Assembly (NCBI GenBank): GCA_963776345.1 | Contig: CAVZMH010000024.1 | Span: 64,001 to 128,000, forward strand | DNA: 64,000 nucleotides | Direction: 5' to 3' | Source of the DNA: an uncultured delta proteobacterium | GTDB taxonomy: Bacteria; Myxococcota; Myxococcia; Myxococcales; Myxococcaceae | In this document: one piece after another, positions 9,843 through 18,906 of the stretch | How positions within the stretch are numbered: the stretch's first letter is position 1 | How the letters are laid out: each line of letters starts with the position of its first letter | The notes under the pieces: generated by a model | Told to the model about the DNA's origin: nothing | Seen by the model: only the letters and a program-made list of their open reading frames with translations | The model's database searches: none | Translations under genes and position numbers: made by a program

Positions 9843-11291
9843 TCACTCCTCCGGCGACTGGACCAGCAGCTTCTCCTTGCCGCACACCGCGCAGCGGAGA
9901 TGGACGAACAGGTCTCCCTCGCTGTCCTCGGGCACGGTGCCGGCCGGGACTCCGAGCTCCGCCTGGGCCAGCTCGGCGACGCGCTTCGGCACCTCCGCAG
10001 CCGGGAAGGCCTGCAAGGTGAGCATCTCCCGCTCGTGGCACTCGCGGAACTCGGGGCCCTGGAGCCACGCCGGCTCCGTCCCCGCCGGCAGGCGAGACAG
10101 CTGCTCGAGGTGCGTCGCCGACTCGGCCAGGTACGCCAGCCGCCGCAGCCGCGCCTCCTCGGGCAGGTTCGCGTAGGCAGCGAACGCCTCGCCGAGCGCC
10201 TGCCGGTCGTCGCCCACCGCCATCGCCACCAGGTCCAGCGCCGACTCGTGCGCCTCCACCGCCTCGTCCCAGTTGTTCTCCGGGGTGAAGCCGGCCTCGA
10301 GCAGCGCCTCGAAGAGCTGGGTCGCCGCGAGGCGGCGCCGCACCTCGCCCAGCGCCTCCTCGGCGTTGTGCGCCAGCCGCAGCTCCCACAGCGCGCCGGC
10401 CACCCGCGGGTCCACCGCGGCGGTGTGGTCGTCCACCTCGAGCTCCGCCCGCAAGAGCTCGCGCAGTGCGTTGGCGGCGGAGAAGCGGAAGGCGGGCTCC
10501 ACCCCGACCTCGCGGAGGTACATGACCGCGAACGGGGCCTCCTTCGAGCCGAGCCGCAGCGCGTTCTGTGCCCGCTTCACCGTCTCGGGGTCGGTGACCG
10601 GCCGGCTGCCCTCGAGCCGCTGCTTCACCGCCTCGCGCAGCAGGGACTCGAGCCCGGCGCCCGGGGGCAGACGGGTGGGGAGCGGCGGGCGAAGTCCGGG
10701 TGCGTCGAGCACCCAGGAGGGAATCGAGCCGAGGCGCTTCAGCCCGCGGTAGAGCAGGGTGCCCGGCGGGTCCTGCGGCTGGAACGGAGGCGGCTCGCCC
10801 TCGGCGGACCCGGCCAGCGCGGCCACCGTGGCCTGCCGCTGCTCGCGGGTGAAGGACGTCGACCCGTGCACCGGCGGCGGGGGCGGAGGGGGGGCCTCCT
10901 CGCCGTCGAGCCCGTGGACCCGGTCCATGTCCACGTCGTCCAGCTCCAGCGCCTCCAGGCCCTGGGCGCCGGAGAAGTCGCAGCGAAGCAGCTTCAGCCG
11001 CTCGAACGTGGCCCCGTCGAGGTTGGCACCCCGGAAGTCGCAGTCTTGCAGCCGCCCCCCGTGGAAATAGGCGTTCGAGAGGTCCGTGTCCCGGAAGCTG
11101 ACCTTCGACAGGTCGCACCGGTCCCACTCCGACCCCACCAGCACCAGCCCGGACAGGTCGGTGTTGGCGGAGAACAGGTTCTCGAACGTGGCCCCGGTGT
11201 GGTCGGTGGAGACGGTCCCCGCCTTCCGCTGCTTGTTCCACTCCGTGGAGCCGGTCTTCAACAGCTCCTCGATTCTCAATGTCTTCGGCAT
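9843..11291 (-). CDS. Pentapeptide-repeat protein with helical middle region and C-terminal CxxC
   Basis: N-terminal pentapeptide repeats (ANTDL SGLVL ... DTDLS NAYFH ... GANLD GATFE); C-terminal HLRCAVC. Confidence 0.85.
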   Translation of the reverse strand: MPKTLRIEELLKTGSTEWNKQRKAGTVSTDHTGATFENLFSANTDLSGLVLVGSEWDRCDLSKVSFRDTDLSNAYFHGGRLQDCDFRGANLDGATFERLKLLRCDFSGAQGLEALELDDVDMDRVHGLDGEEAPPPPPPPVHGSTSFTREQRQATVAALAGSAEGEPPPFQPQDPPGTLLYRGLKRLGSIPSWVLDAPGLRPPLPTRLPPGAGLESLLREAVKQRLEGSRPVTDPETVKRAQNALRLGSKEAPFAVMYLREVGVEPAFRFSAANALRELLRAELEVDDHTAAVDPRVAGALWELRLAHNAEEALGEVRRRLAATQLFEALLEAGFTPENNWDEAVEAHESALDLVAMAVGDDRQALGEAFAAYANLPEEARLRRLAYLAESATHLEQLSRLPAGTEPAWLQGPEFRECHEREMLTLQAFPAAEVPKRVAELAQAELGVPAGTVPEDSEGDLFVHLRCAVCGKEKLLVQSPEE

Positions 11292-11340
11292 AGATGGATC
11301 CTCAGTCTATCGGTGTGCTTCCATCCACCGCCCGAGGAAA

Positions 11341-12318
11341 ATGCTCGAGTTTCGCATCGACAGTGACCACGCGGGGGTGCGGCTCGACAAGGTGCTCCGC
11401 CAGCGCCTGCCCCGGGTCCCTGCCAGCCACCTCCAGAAGATGATCCGCACCAAGAAGGTGCGGGTGAACGGCCGCCGCGCCCAGCCGGAGCAGCCGCTGG
11501 CCGAGGGCGACGTGCTTACCATCCGGGGAGACGAGCGAGCGCTGCTCGGTGAGGCCACCGTCCCGCCGCGGCCGCCCGCGCCCGAGGAGGTCGCCCGGCT
11601 CCGCATCCTCCACGAGGACGCCTGGGTGATGGGGGTGGACAAGCCGTCCGGGCTGGCGGTGCACCCGGGCAGCGGCATCCGGGGCGGCACGCTGGTGGAC
11701 CTGGTCCGCGCCCACCTCGGCCCCCAGGCCGAGCGCAACGGCTTCTGGGCCAGTCCGGCGCACCGGCTCGACCGGGAGACCTCGGGGGTCATCGTGGTGG
11801 CCAAGCGGCGGCCGGCGATGGTCCACTTCACCGAGGTCTTCACCCACGGCGGGGCGAGGAAGCAGTACCTCACCCTGGCCAAGGGGACCTTCCCCCGGGC
11901 CGAGGGGCGGATCGACCTGCCGCTCTCCGAGCGCCAGCAGTCCGCCGAGTCGAAGGCCCGCCGCGGGGTCAACATGCAGGAGGCGGTGACCCGCTACCGC
12001 GTGCTGCGGCAGGGCGGGGAGGCGGCGCTGCTCGAGGTCACGCTGGAGACCGGGCGCACTCACCAGATCCGCCGTCACCTCGCCTCCATCGGGCACCCGG
12101 TGGCCGGCGACCGGAGGTACGGTGACTTCGGCTTCAACCGCGAGGCCCGGGCCCGCTGGGGGCTGAAGCGGCTGTTCCTCCATGCCGAGCGGCTGGAGCT
12201 GCCGCACCCCGAGACCGGCGCCCGGCTGAAGCTGGAGTCGCCGCTGCCCCAGGAGCTGGTGGACGTGCTCCGGCGTGCCGGCATCGTGGCCCCGGGCGGG
12301 GCCAGCGCGGCGCGCTGA
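11341..12318 (+). CDS. RluA/RluC-family 23S rRNA pseudouridine synthase with S4 domain
   Basis: RLDKVLR S4 motif, DKPSGLAVHPG, catalytic HRLDRETSG, ETGRTHQIRRHL, GHPVAGDRRYG, LFLHA. Confidence 0.95.
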   Translation: MLEFRIDSDHAGVRLDKVLRQRLPRVPASHLQKMIRTKKVRVNGRRAQPEQPLAEGDVLTIRGDERALLGEATVPPRPPAPEEVARLRILHEDAWVMGVDKPSGLAVHPGSGIRGGTLVDLVRAHLGPQAERNGFWASPAHRLDRETSGVIVVAKRRPAMVHFTEVFTHGGARKQYLTLAKGTFPRAEGRIDLPLSERQQSAESKARRGVNMQEAVTRYRVLRQGGEAALLEVTLETGRTHQIRRHLASIGHPVAGDRRYGDFGFNREARARWGLKRLFLHAERLELPHPETGARLKLESPLPQELVDVLRRAGIVAPGGASAAR

Positions 12319-12328
12319 GGCCCTCCTC

Positions 12329-13270
12329 TCAGGAGCGTGTCCTCCTCGCCCCGGCCCGCCGCCCCGGGCTGGCCGGGCGAGGGTCGCCCGCCGTCCGGGC
12401 CGACTCGGTTCCGGCCACCGCGAGGAGCCAGGCCCGGAAGGCGACCAGCGCGGGGTGGTTCTCGGACCTCGGGGGGTAGACCAGATGGTGGGCGTATCCG
12501 TCGGGAAGCCGGTGACGGGTGAGCGCCACCAGCCGCCCGCTCTCGATGAGCGGCCGGGCCATCGTCAGCCGGCCCAGCGCCACCCCCATCCCCTCCACCG
12601 CCGCGCGCTGGAGCGAGTCGGTGTCGTCGAACGCGGCCACGTACCGCGCGGGCGGGCTCCCGCCGAAGCGCGCGAACCAGGCGTGCCACCGCTCTCCGAG
12701 GTCCCGGAGCAGCGGGACGCCGGCGAAGTCCCCGCGCCCGGCCTGCGGGAAGCGGCGGAGCAGCCCGGGGCTGCACACCGGCACCATCCACTCCTCGAAG
12801 AGGAGGTGGGCCCGCAGCCCCGGCCAGCCACCCGGCCCGAAGCGGATCGCCGCGTCCACCTCCTCCCGCTCGAAGTCCACCAGGTCGCTGGTGGACTGCA
12901 GGCTGAGCTCCACCTCGGGGTGCAGCGCGGTGAAGGCCGGGAGCCGGGGGATGAGCCAGCTCGACGCCACCGAGGGCATCACGCTCACGGTCAGCGTGTC
13001 CGGGCTCCGCGCCGGCTGGGGCGCGAGCGCGGCGGAGATCGCGTCCAGGTGCGGCGCCACCTGCCCGAAGAGGCGCTCGCCGTGCGGCGTGAGGCGGAGC
13101 CCGCGCGGTCCGCGGTCGAACAGCCGCTGCCCGAGCAGCTCCTCCAGACCTCGCATCTGGTGGCTGAGCGCGCTCACCGTGACGTGCAGCGAGGCCGCGG
13201 CGCGCGAGAGGTTCAGGAGGCGGGCGGCGGCGACGAACCCCGGCAGGACGTGGAGTGGCACCTTGCTCAT
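12329..13270 (-). CDS. LysR-family transcriptional regulator (GcvA-like)
   Basis: HTH FVAAARLLNLSRAAASLHVTVSALSHQMRGLEELLGQRLFDR; WLIPRLPAF, DAAIRFGPGGWPGL; ATG at 13270 (alternative 13282). Confidence 0.95.
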   Translation of the reverse strand: MSKVPLHVLPGFVAAARLLNLSRAAASLHVTVSALSHQMRGLEELLGQRLFDRGPRGLRLTPHGERLFGQVAPHLDAISAALAPQPARSPDTLTVSVMPSVASSWLIPRLPAFTALHPEVELSLQSTSDLVDFEREEVDAAIRFGPGGWPGLRAHLLFEEWMVPVCSPGLLRRFPQAGRGDFAGVPLLRDLGERWHAWFARFGGSPPARYVAAFDDTDSLQRAAVEGMGVALGRLTMARPLIESGRLVALTRHRLPDGYAHHLVYPPRSENHPALVAFRAWLLAVAGTESARTAGDPRPASPGRRAGARRTRS

Positions 13271-13282
13271 CTTGAGCCCCAT

Positions 13283-13309
13283 TCAAGGTGGAATTGAGAA
13301 ACTCTCTCA
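13283..13309. promoter_or_regulatory. Two overlapping LysR-type interrupted dyads in the divergent promoter
   Basis: TCAA-N7-TTGA (13283-13297) and TGAG-N7-CTCA (13295-13309) in an AT-rich patch. Confidence 0.6.
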
Positions 13310-13373
13310 TGTCTTCTCTCTCAGCGGGCCATTACCTCTTCGACCGCGTTCAAGACGCGATGGAGGTCGGGTC

Positions 13374-13574
13374 ATGAGCATCTGGAGCGAGCTTCTCTTC
13401 CTGCACGGGCATCTCACCCACGTCCCCGGGTCCGGCGGCGCCGCCGAGCGTCCCGCCCCCGCCAGTCACACCGAGGACGCCGACCGGCTGCGCGAGCTGC
13501 TCGGCTGCCGGTCGGCGTCGATCCCCAGGCCGGAGCCCCGGGGCCCGCTGCTCGGGGTCCGGGGCCTCACTTGA
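13374..13574 (+). CDS. Small hypothetical protein (66 aa), divergent from the LysR gene
   Basis: GGAGG RBS at 13362-13366, ATG at 13374; MSIWSELLFLHGHLTHV... Confidence 0.7.
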   Translation: MSIWSELLFLHGHLTHVPGSGGAAERPAPASHTEDADRLRELLGCRSASIPRPEPRGPLLGVRGLT

Positions 13575-13610
13575 CGGGGGGCCCGGACATCAGGTAACCA
13601 TTTGGCTACC
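13571..13610 (+). promoter_or_regulatory. Putative -35 element and ArsR operator palindrome
   Basis: TTGACG at 13571; GGTAACCA-TT-TGGCTACC (13593-13610, 7/8 dyad) immediately before the ArsR ATG. Confidence 0.65.
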
Positions 13611-13611
13611 G

Positions 13612-13938
13612 ATGCACCGGGCCCGGGCACACGCCGACGTCTTCCGCGCCATCGCCGACCCCACCCGGCGCGCCCTCCTGGATCGCCTTCGCGCCGGGGG
13701 CCGCCCCGTCGGCGAGCTCGCCGCGGACTTCCGCACCAGCCGCCCCGCCATCTCCAAGCACCTCCGAGTCCTCCGCCAGGCGCAGCTGGTCCGCGAGCGC
13801 CGCGAGGGACGGATGCGCCGCTACGAGCTCACCCCTGCGCCGCTGGCCGAGGCCTTCGGCTGGATCGAGGGCTACCGAGCCTTCTGGGCGCTCAATCTGC
13901 AGAGCCTGAAGCGACACCTCGAGGGAGGAGACCGATGA
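13612..13938 (+). CDS. ArsR/SmtB family transcriptional regulator
   Basis: DVFRAIADPTRRALLDRL, SRPAISKHLRVLRQAQLV. Confidence 0.93.
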   Translation: MHRARAHADVFRAIADPTRRALLDRLRAGGRPVGELAADFRTSRPAISKHLRVLRQAQLVRERREGRMRRYELTPAPLAEAFGWIEGYRAFWALNLQSLKRHLEGGDR

Positions 13939-14405
13939 CCGCGGTGGCCGACGTGCAGGCAGGGACCGTCCGGGCGACGGTGGAGATCGCCGCCCCGCCC
14001 GAGGCAGTGTTCCGGGCGCTCACCGACCCGGGCGAGCTGGCCCGCTGGTGGGGAAGCCCGGACCTGTACCAGACCGAGGACTGGAAGGTGGACCTCCGCC
14101 CGGGTGGCAGCTGGAGCTGCCAGGCCAGGAGCGCACAGGGCAGCTCGGAGGTGCGGGGCCAGTACCTCGCCGTCGAGCCACCGCGACTGCTGGAGTACAC
14201 CTGGGAGCCGAGCTGGGAGCAGTACCGGCAGACCATCATCCGCTGCACGCTCGAGCCGGTGCCCGGTGGCACGCGGGTCAGCGTGCTCCACCGGGGCTTC
14301 ACCGCCGAGGAGTCGACCCGGGGCCACGCCGACGGGTGGACCCGGGTGCTCGGCTGGCTCGCCGGCCGCTTCGCCGGCACCCACTCCACCCAAGCGACCG
14401 CCTAG
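13935..14405 (+). CDS. SRPBCC/AHA1-family protein
   Basis: ATGA overlap with arsR; EIAAPPEAVFRALTDP...WW, DLRPGG, VEPPRLLEYTW, GW..L..L. Confidence 0.9.
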   Translation: MTAVADVQAGTVRATVEIAAPPEAVFRALTDPGELARWWGSPDLYQTEDWKVDLRPGGSWSCQARSAQGSSEVRGQYLAVEPPRLLEYTWEPSWEQYRQTIIRCTLEPVPGGTRVSVLHRGFTAEESTRGHADGWTRVLGWLAGRFAGTHSTQATA

Positions 14406-16286
14406 GCCCGCCGCCTCCGCCGGACGAAGGCCAGGAGCCCGAGCAGCGCGAGCCACGGTGCGGGCGGACCGGACGAGGCGGTGCAGCCGCTCTTGCTGCC
14501 GCCGCCGGTCACGCCGGCGTTGACCGTCAGCTTCGCCTGGTCGTTCGCGGTGTTGAGGTTTGAGACGGAGGCGACGGTGGCCGTCGTCGTGGCGCTGTTC
14601 CCCGAGCTCGCCTTGAGGGTGGTGGTGATGGTCTTCGTCGCCCCGGAGGAGATCGCCCAGCTCGCAGGGGAAGGCCGTGGTGCAGGCACCCGAGTTGGAG
14701 ACGAAGGTGAGGCCCGAGAGCGCGTTGGTGACCGTGACCGCGATGGCCACGTCGGGCCCCGGATTGGTCACCGTGAAGGTGAAGGTGCCGCTCTCTCCCG
14801 AGCCCAGCGTGGAGGGCCCGCTGCCAGTGATGGCCAGGTCCACCGCGAACCACCCGATGTCCCGGAGGAGCGGGAGGGTCAGGTCGAGCGTGTGGGGCAG
14901 GTCCCCGTTGATGACGGGCTCCATCAGGAGGTTGGGGAAGGCCGAGGTGTCCCAGTGCGAGACCGACGAGCCCGGCTGCAGCGTGCTCGGCGCGTACAGG
15001 AGCGGCCGCAGGGACGCGTCCGCGCCCTGGTAGCCCTGGCTCGGGTCCCGGACGATCTGGGCGTTCACGGTGCCGGCGCCCACCGCGTCCTTCAGCTCCT
15101 GCCCGTCGGTCTGGGTCATGAAGAGGACGGGGATGGTGATGTCGGGCGCGGTCCCCGACGGAGTGATGAGACCGGTGACGTTGTTGGCGATCAGCAGGCC
15201 GATGGCCCCTGCGTCCTGGGCGTTCCGGGCCTTCTCCACGAAGGTGCAGCCCGCATCCGGGGTCGGGTCCGCCCCGGTCGAGGATGGCGATCTGCCCATC
15301 GAGCGCGGCGAGCGGTCCGGAGCCGGTGCATCCCCACTGGGTCGATCCCACGCCGAGCGGGCCCGAGACCGGGGAGGTGCCGATCTGGCCGCTGAACTGC
15401 GCGACGGTCACCTGGCTGTAGTCCTTCACCACCGACGGGGTGGCGGGCGCGGAGGTCACCCGCACCAGCGGAGGGTACGCCAGGGTCGAGGGCACGGCGG
15501 CCTTCGCCGAGGGGCCATCCCACGCCAGGCCCCCGCTGATCGCCGAGGCCTTGCGCCCGGCGGCGTCGAGGTCGCTCCAGTGGCTCCCGGTGCTCTCGTC
15601 GAGCATGAAGTAGCTCCAGATGTCCGGCTCGTTCTGCTCGAAGCTCGCCGGTGCTGTTGTCGGTGAGGCTGAGGAAGCCGAGGCCGTGGCCGAACTCGTG
15701 GAGCACCACGGTGAGCAGGTCGATCAGGTTTCCGTGCTGGTTGTCGAGGCCGTAGTAGAAGCGGAGCCCGTTGCAGTTCGTGGCGTTCGGATCGTCCAGC
15801 GACGAGTTGAAGCGGGCCAGGATGTCGTAGTTGGCCGGATCGGTGCCCGTCCCGGAGAGCAGCGGCTTCCCGGCGAACCGCTCGGTCAGCGCCGAGACGT
15901 ACCAGGTGCTCGGCTTCGGGAAGACGGTCGGCGCGACGCCGCCGTCCAGCGTGGGGTCGTCGCTGGCGAAGATGTTGGTCGGGCCCGCGCTTCCGAGCGT
16001 GGCGCCGCTGGTGTCGCAGGTCAGCGGCTCGAAGTGCGACAGCACGGTGATCGGGACCGGGCTGTCCAGTGCGTCGCCCCAGATGCGCGGCCGCCTCCTG
16101 GAAGACGGCCAGCCGCTGCTCGCCGAGCGTGGTCCCGGGGTTCCCCCCGACGGCGGCCACCGGGGTGGTGTCGTTGAACCCGGCATCGGGCGGGTCGGCG
16201 TTGACGATGACCACCGTCGCCTTGCCGTGCGCGGCGGCGGCGGCGAGGAGCAGCGCTCCGCCCAGGACTCCCGCGAGCCCCTTCAC
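14402..16286 (-). CDS. Secreted PA-domain zinc metallopeptidase with DUF11-like domain and MYXO-CTERM tail; four apparent frameshifts (about 16090, 15644, 15265, 14650)
   Basis: Signal peptide, FNDTTPVAAVGGNPGTTLGEQRL, HEFGHGLGF, PA domain GCTFVEKARNAQDAGAIG, GSSVSHWD...LLMEP, C-terminal SGCTAS...WLALLGLLAFVRRRRRA, spread over five frame segments. Confidence 0.85.
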
Positions 16287-16618
16287 TGGCCGTCCCCCTG
16301 CTTGCCGCCGGCGAGGAACGACTCGGCCGCGGGCGCGCTGTCGACACAGGCGATGGACGGCTGACCGTCCGGGCCCACCCGGCCCACCAGCACGTGGCTG
16401 TAGCCGGACGGGAGGCTCACCCTCCGCATCTTCATCCCGTTGGACAGCGTGACCACGTCGCGTCGCGCTGCCGAGCGATCGGTCGCCGCCCGCACCGCCT
16501 CGGTCACGCTCGCCGGGGCGGCGCTCCCTGCGGGCCCGGCGTTGCAGCCGGTCAGCCAGCACAGCGCGATCGCCACCCACGCGCCGGTCCAGGCAGCGCG
16601 CTTCACATCTCCGTTCAT
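16283..16618 (-). CDS. Small lipoprotein (111 aa) translationally coupled to the peptidase
   Basis: GGAGG RBS, lipobox LTGC, C-terminal VLVGRVGPDGQPSIACVDS motif; GTGA overlap with the peptidase start. Confidence 0.8.
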   Translation of the reverse strand: MNGDVKRAAWTGAWVAIALCWLTGCNAGPAGSAAPASVTEAVRAATDRSAARRDVVTLSNGMKMRRVSLPSGYSHVLVGRVGPDGQPSIACVDSAPAAESFLAGGKQGDGQ

Positions 16619-16699
16619 GCGTCCTCCACGGCTTCGGACCGATGAGCCTAGGACACTCCCCACGCCGGAAGGCAGCGGCGATGTTGTAGGACGGGCGCG

Positions 16700-17404
16700 A
16701 TGCGTTCCTCCGCCAGCCTGCTCACCGTCGCGCTCGCCGCGCTCCCCGGATGTTCCCGCGGGCCGGCCCCGGCCGAGCAGGCCCCGCGGGAGGCCGTCGC
16801 CGCGGCGCGGCGCGATGCCGGGAGCGGTCCCTCCGCGCGGATGGAGGCTCCACCCCACGGGGTGGATGCGGGGACTCCACGGACGCTCCGGGCGGAGATC
16901 AAGCCGCTCACCCGGTTCCAGATCGTCCCGCTCGGCGAGGCGGCGGTCGAGCCGGCCCGCGCCATGCTCGAGCCGCTCCGGGAGCGGTACCTGGCGTACG
17001 GGTTCGACCTCGGCGCGGTCCTGTCCCTCCCTGCGGTCCGCCCGGCCGACTGCGCCGAGCTCCTGACCAGCCGGGTGGGCGCCCGGGGAACGCTCCTCGT
17101 CGTCGCCGGACCGGTGCCTTGCTCGACGCCCTTCGGGGCGGTGAACGCCGTGCTCGCCACGGGGCTCGTGCCGCTCGGCCCGCTGGGAGCTCCCGGACCG
17201 ATCGCCGAGCGGCGCCTGACCGCGCTCCTCGCGTCCCTGGTCGGAGAGCTCATCGGGCTGTCCACGCCCTGCACCGATGGCCGGGTGTGCTGCGCCCTCC
17301 GCAAGGCGCCGGACCTCCGGACGCTCGACGCTCAAGCCGCCGCGCCTTGCCCCGCCCACGCCTCCGAGCTGGACCGGATCCGCGAGGCCGCGGGGATGCA
17401 GTGA
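16700..17404 (+). CDS. Lipoprotein, possible catalytically dead archaemetzincin-like protein
   Basis: Lipobox LPGC; C-terminal SLVGELIGLSTPCTDGRVCCALR...CPAH. Confidence 0.6.
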   Translation: MRSSASLLTVALAALPGCSRGPAPAEQAPREAVAAARRDAGSGPSARMEAPPHGVDAGTPRTLRAEIKPLTRFQIVPLGEAAVEPARAMLEPLRERYLAYGFDLGAVLSLPAVRPADCAELLTSRVGARGTLLVVAGPVPCSTPFGAVNAVLATGLVPLGPLGAPGPIAERRLTALLASLVGELIGLSTPCTDGRVCCALRKAPDLRTLDAQAAAPCPAHASELDRIREAAGMQ

Positions 17405-17421
17405 TTGGGCGGAGGGGCCGC

Positions 17422-18762
17422 TCAGAACGCCCGGCCGCCCTCCACCTCGGTCACCAGCCGCTTCCGGTAGTCGTGGTAGTCCACCTCGACCGCGTGGCGG
17501 ATGGAGTCGGTGAAGGCGAAGTCCGGGCGCTCGATCTCGCGGCGGATGGCGGCGTCGATGTTCGCCGGCCGCTTCCAGGCGCCGAGCAGCGCGCGGGCCA
17601 CCAGCTTCCCCTGCCAGTCCGCCAGGGGCCAGATGCACCCCTGCGGCTGGAACAGCCCGATGAAGAAGAGGTCCTCGAACCGGGGGTGGAAGATCTTGAG
17701 GTACAGCGGCACCTCGCGCCCCGAGTAGTCGCCTACCTCGGTGGTGTCGAGGAACGGGAAGCGGGTCACGTACCCGGTGGCGGCGATGATCGCGTCGAAC
17801 TCGCTCGAGGTCCCGTCGACGAAGTGCACGGTCCTTCCGTCGAGGCGGGCGATGTCCGGGCGCGGATGCACCTCGCCATGACGGATGAAGTACAGGAGCT
17901 CGGAGTTGAGGGTGGGGTGCGCCTCGAGCGGCCCGTGCTCCGGCTCGGGGAGCCCGTAGTCGGCGTTCTTCCCCTGCACCAGACGGATGGTGAGCTTCAT
18001 CATCGGCTGCCGGAGGAGCCTGGGCAGCTTGCGCATCAACCGGTCGTTCACCACGTCGCTGGGGAGCCCCATCAGGAACTTGGGGATGAACCAGTAGCCG
18101 CGGCGCATGCTGATGTCGGTGCGGGCCGACCGGCGCGAGGTCTCCACCGCGATGTCGCACGCCGAGTTGCCGCCGCCGATGACCAGCACCCGCTTCCCGG
18201 CGAACGGCTCGGCGCTCTTGTACCCGTGGCTGTGGAGGAGCTCGCCGGTGAAGGTACCGGGGTAGCTCGGCATCCGCGGGTCCCAGTGGTGCCCCGAGGC
18301 GACCAGCAGCGCGTCGAACTCCTCGCGCCGCCCGTCACCGAGCGTCACCGTCCATCCACCGCCGGGGCGCCGCCGCGCGCTCCTCACCTCCGTGCCGAGC
18401 TGCAGCGCCCGGTCCACCCCGAAGGCCCTGGCGTAGCTCTGGAAGTACTCCTTGAGCTCTGCGTGCCCCGGATAGTCCGGGTAGCTGTCCGGCATCGGGA
18501 AGTCCTCGTACTGCGACAGCCGCTTCGAGGAGATGATGTGCGTGGTCTCGAAGACGCTGGAGTGGCTGTCGCCCGGGCGGAAGATCCAGTTCCCGCCCAC
18601 CTCGGTGTTCCGGTCGTAGACCACCAGGTCGTGAAGCCCCGCGGCGAGCAGGTTCTTCGCCGCGGTGATGCCGGACGGTCCGGCGCCGATGACGCACACC
18701 CGCGGCCGGGCGAGCGCGGGGGAGGCTGGAGGGTGGGTGAACGCGCTGGTCGGTCGCTGCAT
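17422..18762 (-). CDS. Flavin-containing monooxygenase (class B, FMO-like)
   Basis: VIGAGPSG (FAD), FTGELLHSHGYK FMO fingerprint, VIGGGNSACD (NADPH), ATGY. Confidence 0.95.
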   Translation of the reverse strand: MQRPTSAFTHPPASPALARPRVCVIGAGPSGITAAKNLLAAGLHDLVVYDRNTEVGGNWIFRPGDSHSSVFETTHIISSKRLSQYEDFPMPDSYPDYPGHAELKEYFQSYARAFGVDRALQLGTEVRSARRRPGGGWTVTLGDGRREEFDALLVASGHHWDPRMPSYPGTFTGELLHSHGYKSAEPFAGKRVLVIGGGNSACDIAVETSRRSARTDISMRRGYWFIPKFLMGLPSDVVNDRLMRKLPRLLRQPMMKLTIRLVQGKNADYGLPEPEHGPLEAHPTLNSELLYFIRHGEVHPRPDIARLDGRTVHFVDGTSSEFDAIIAATGYVTRFPFLDTTEVGDYSGREVPLYLKIFHPRFEDLFFIGLFQPQGCIWPLADWQGKLVARALLGAWKRPANIDAAIRREIERPDFAFTDSIRHAVEVDYHDYRKRLVTEVEGGRAF

Positions 18763-18906
18763 GCTCCCTGCTCCTCGGCTGGCTGCCCGCACCATCCACG
18801 TTCGCACAACCCGGTGCCCGGCGGGGTGGCCGGGGCGACCGAGCGAGCGGCCCCGGCCGCGGGAATCCGGGGGCGTTCTGGTAACCTCGCCGCCCGCTTC
18901 AACCCC

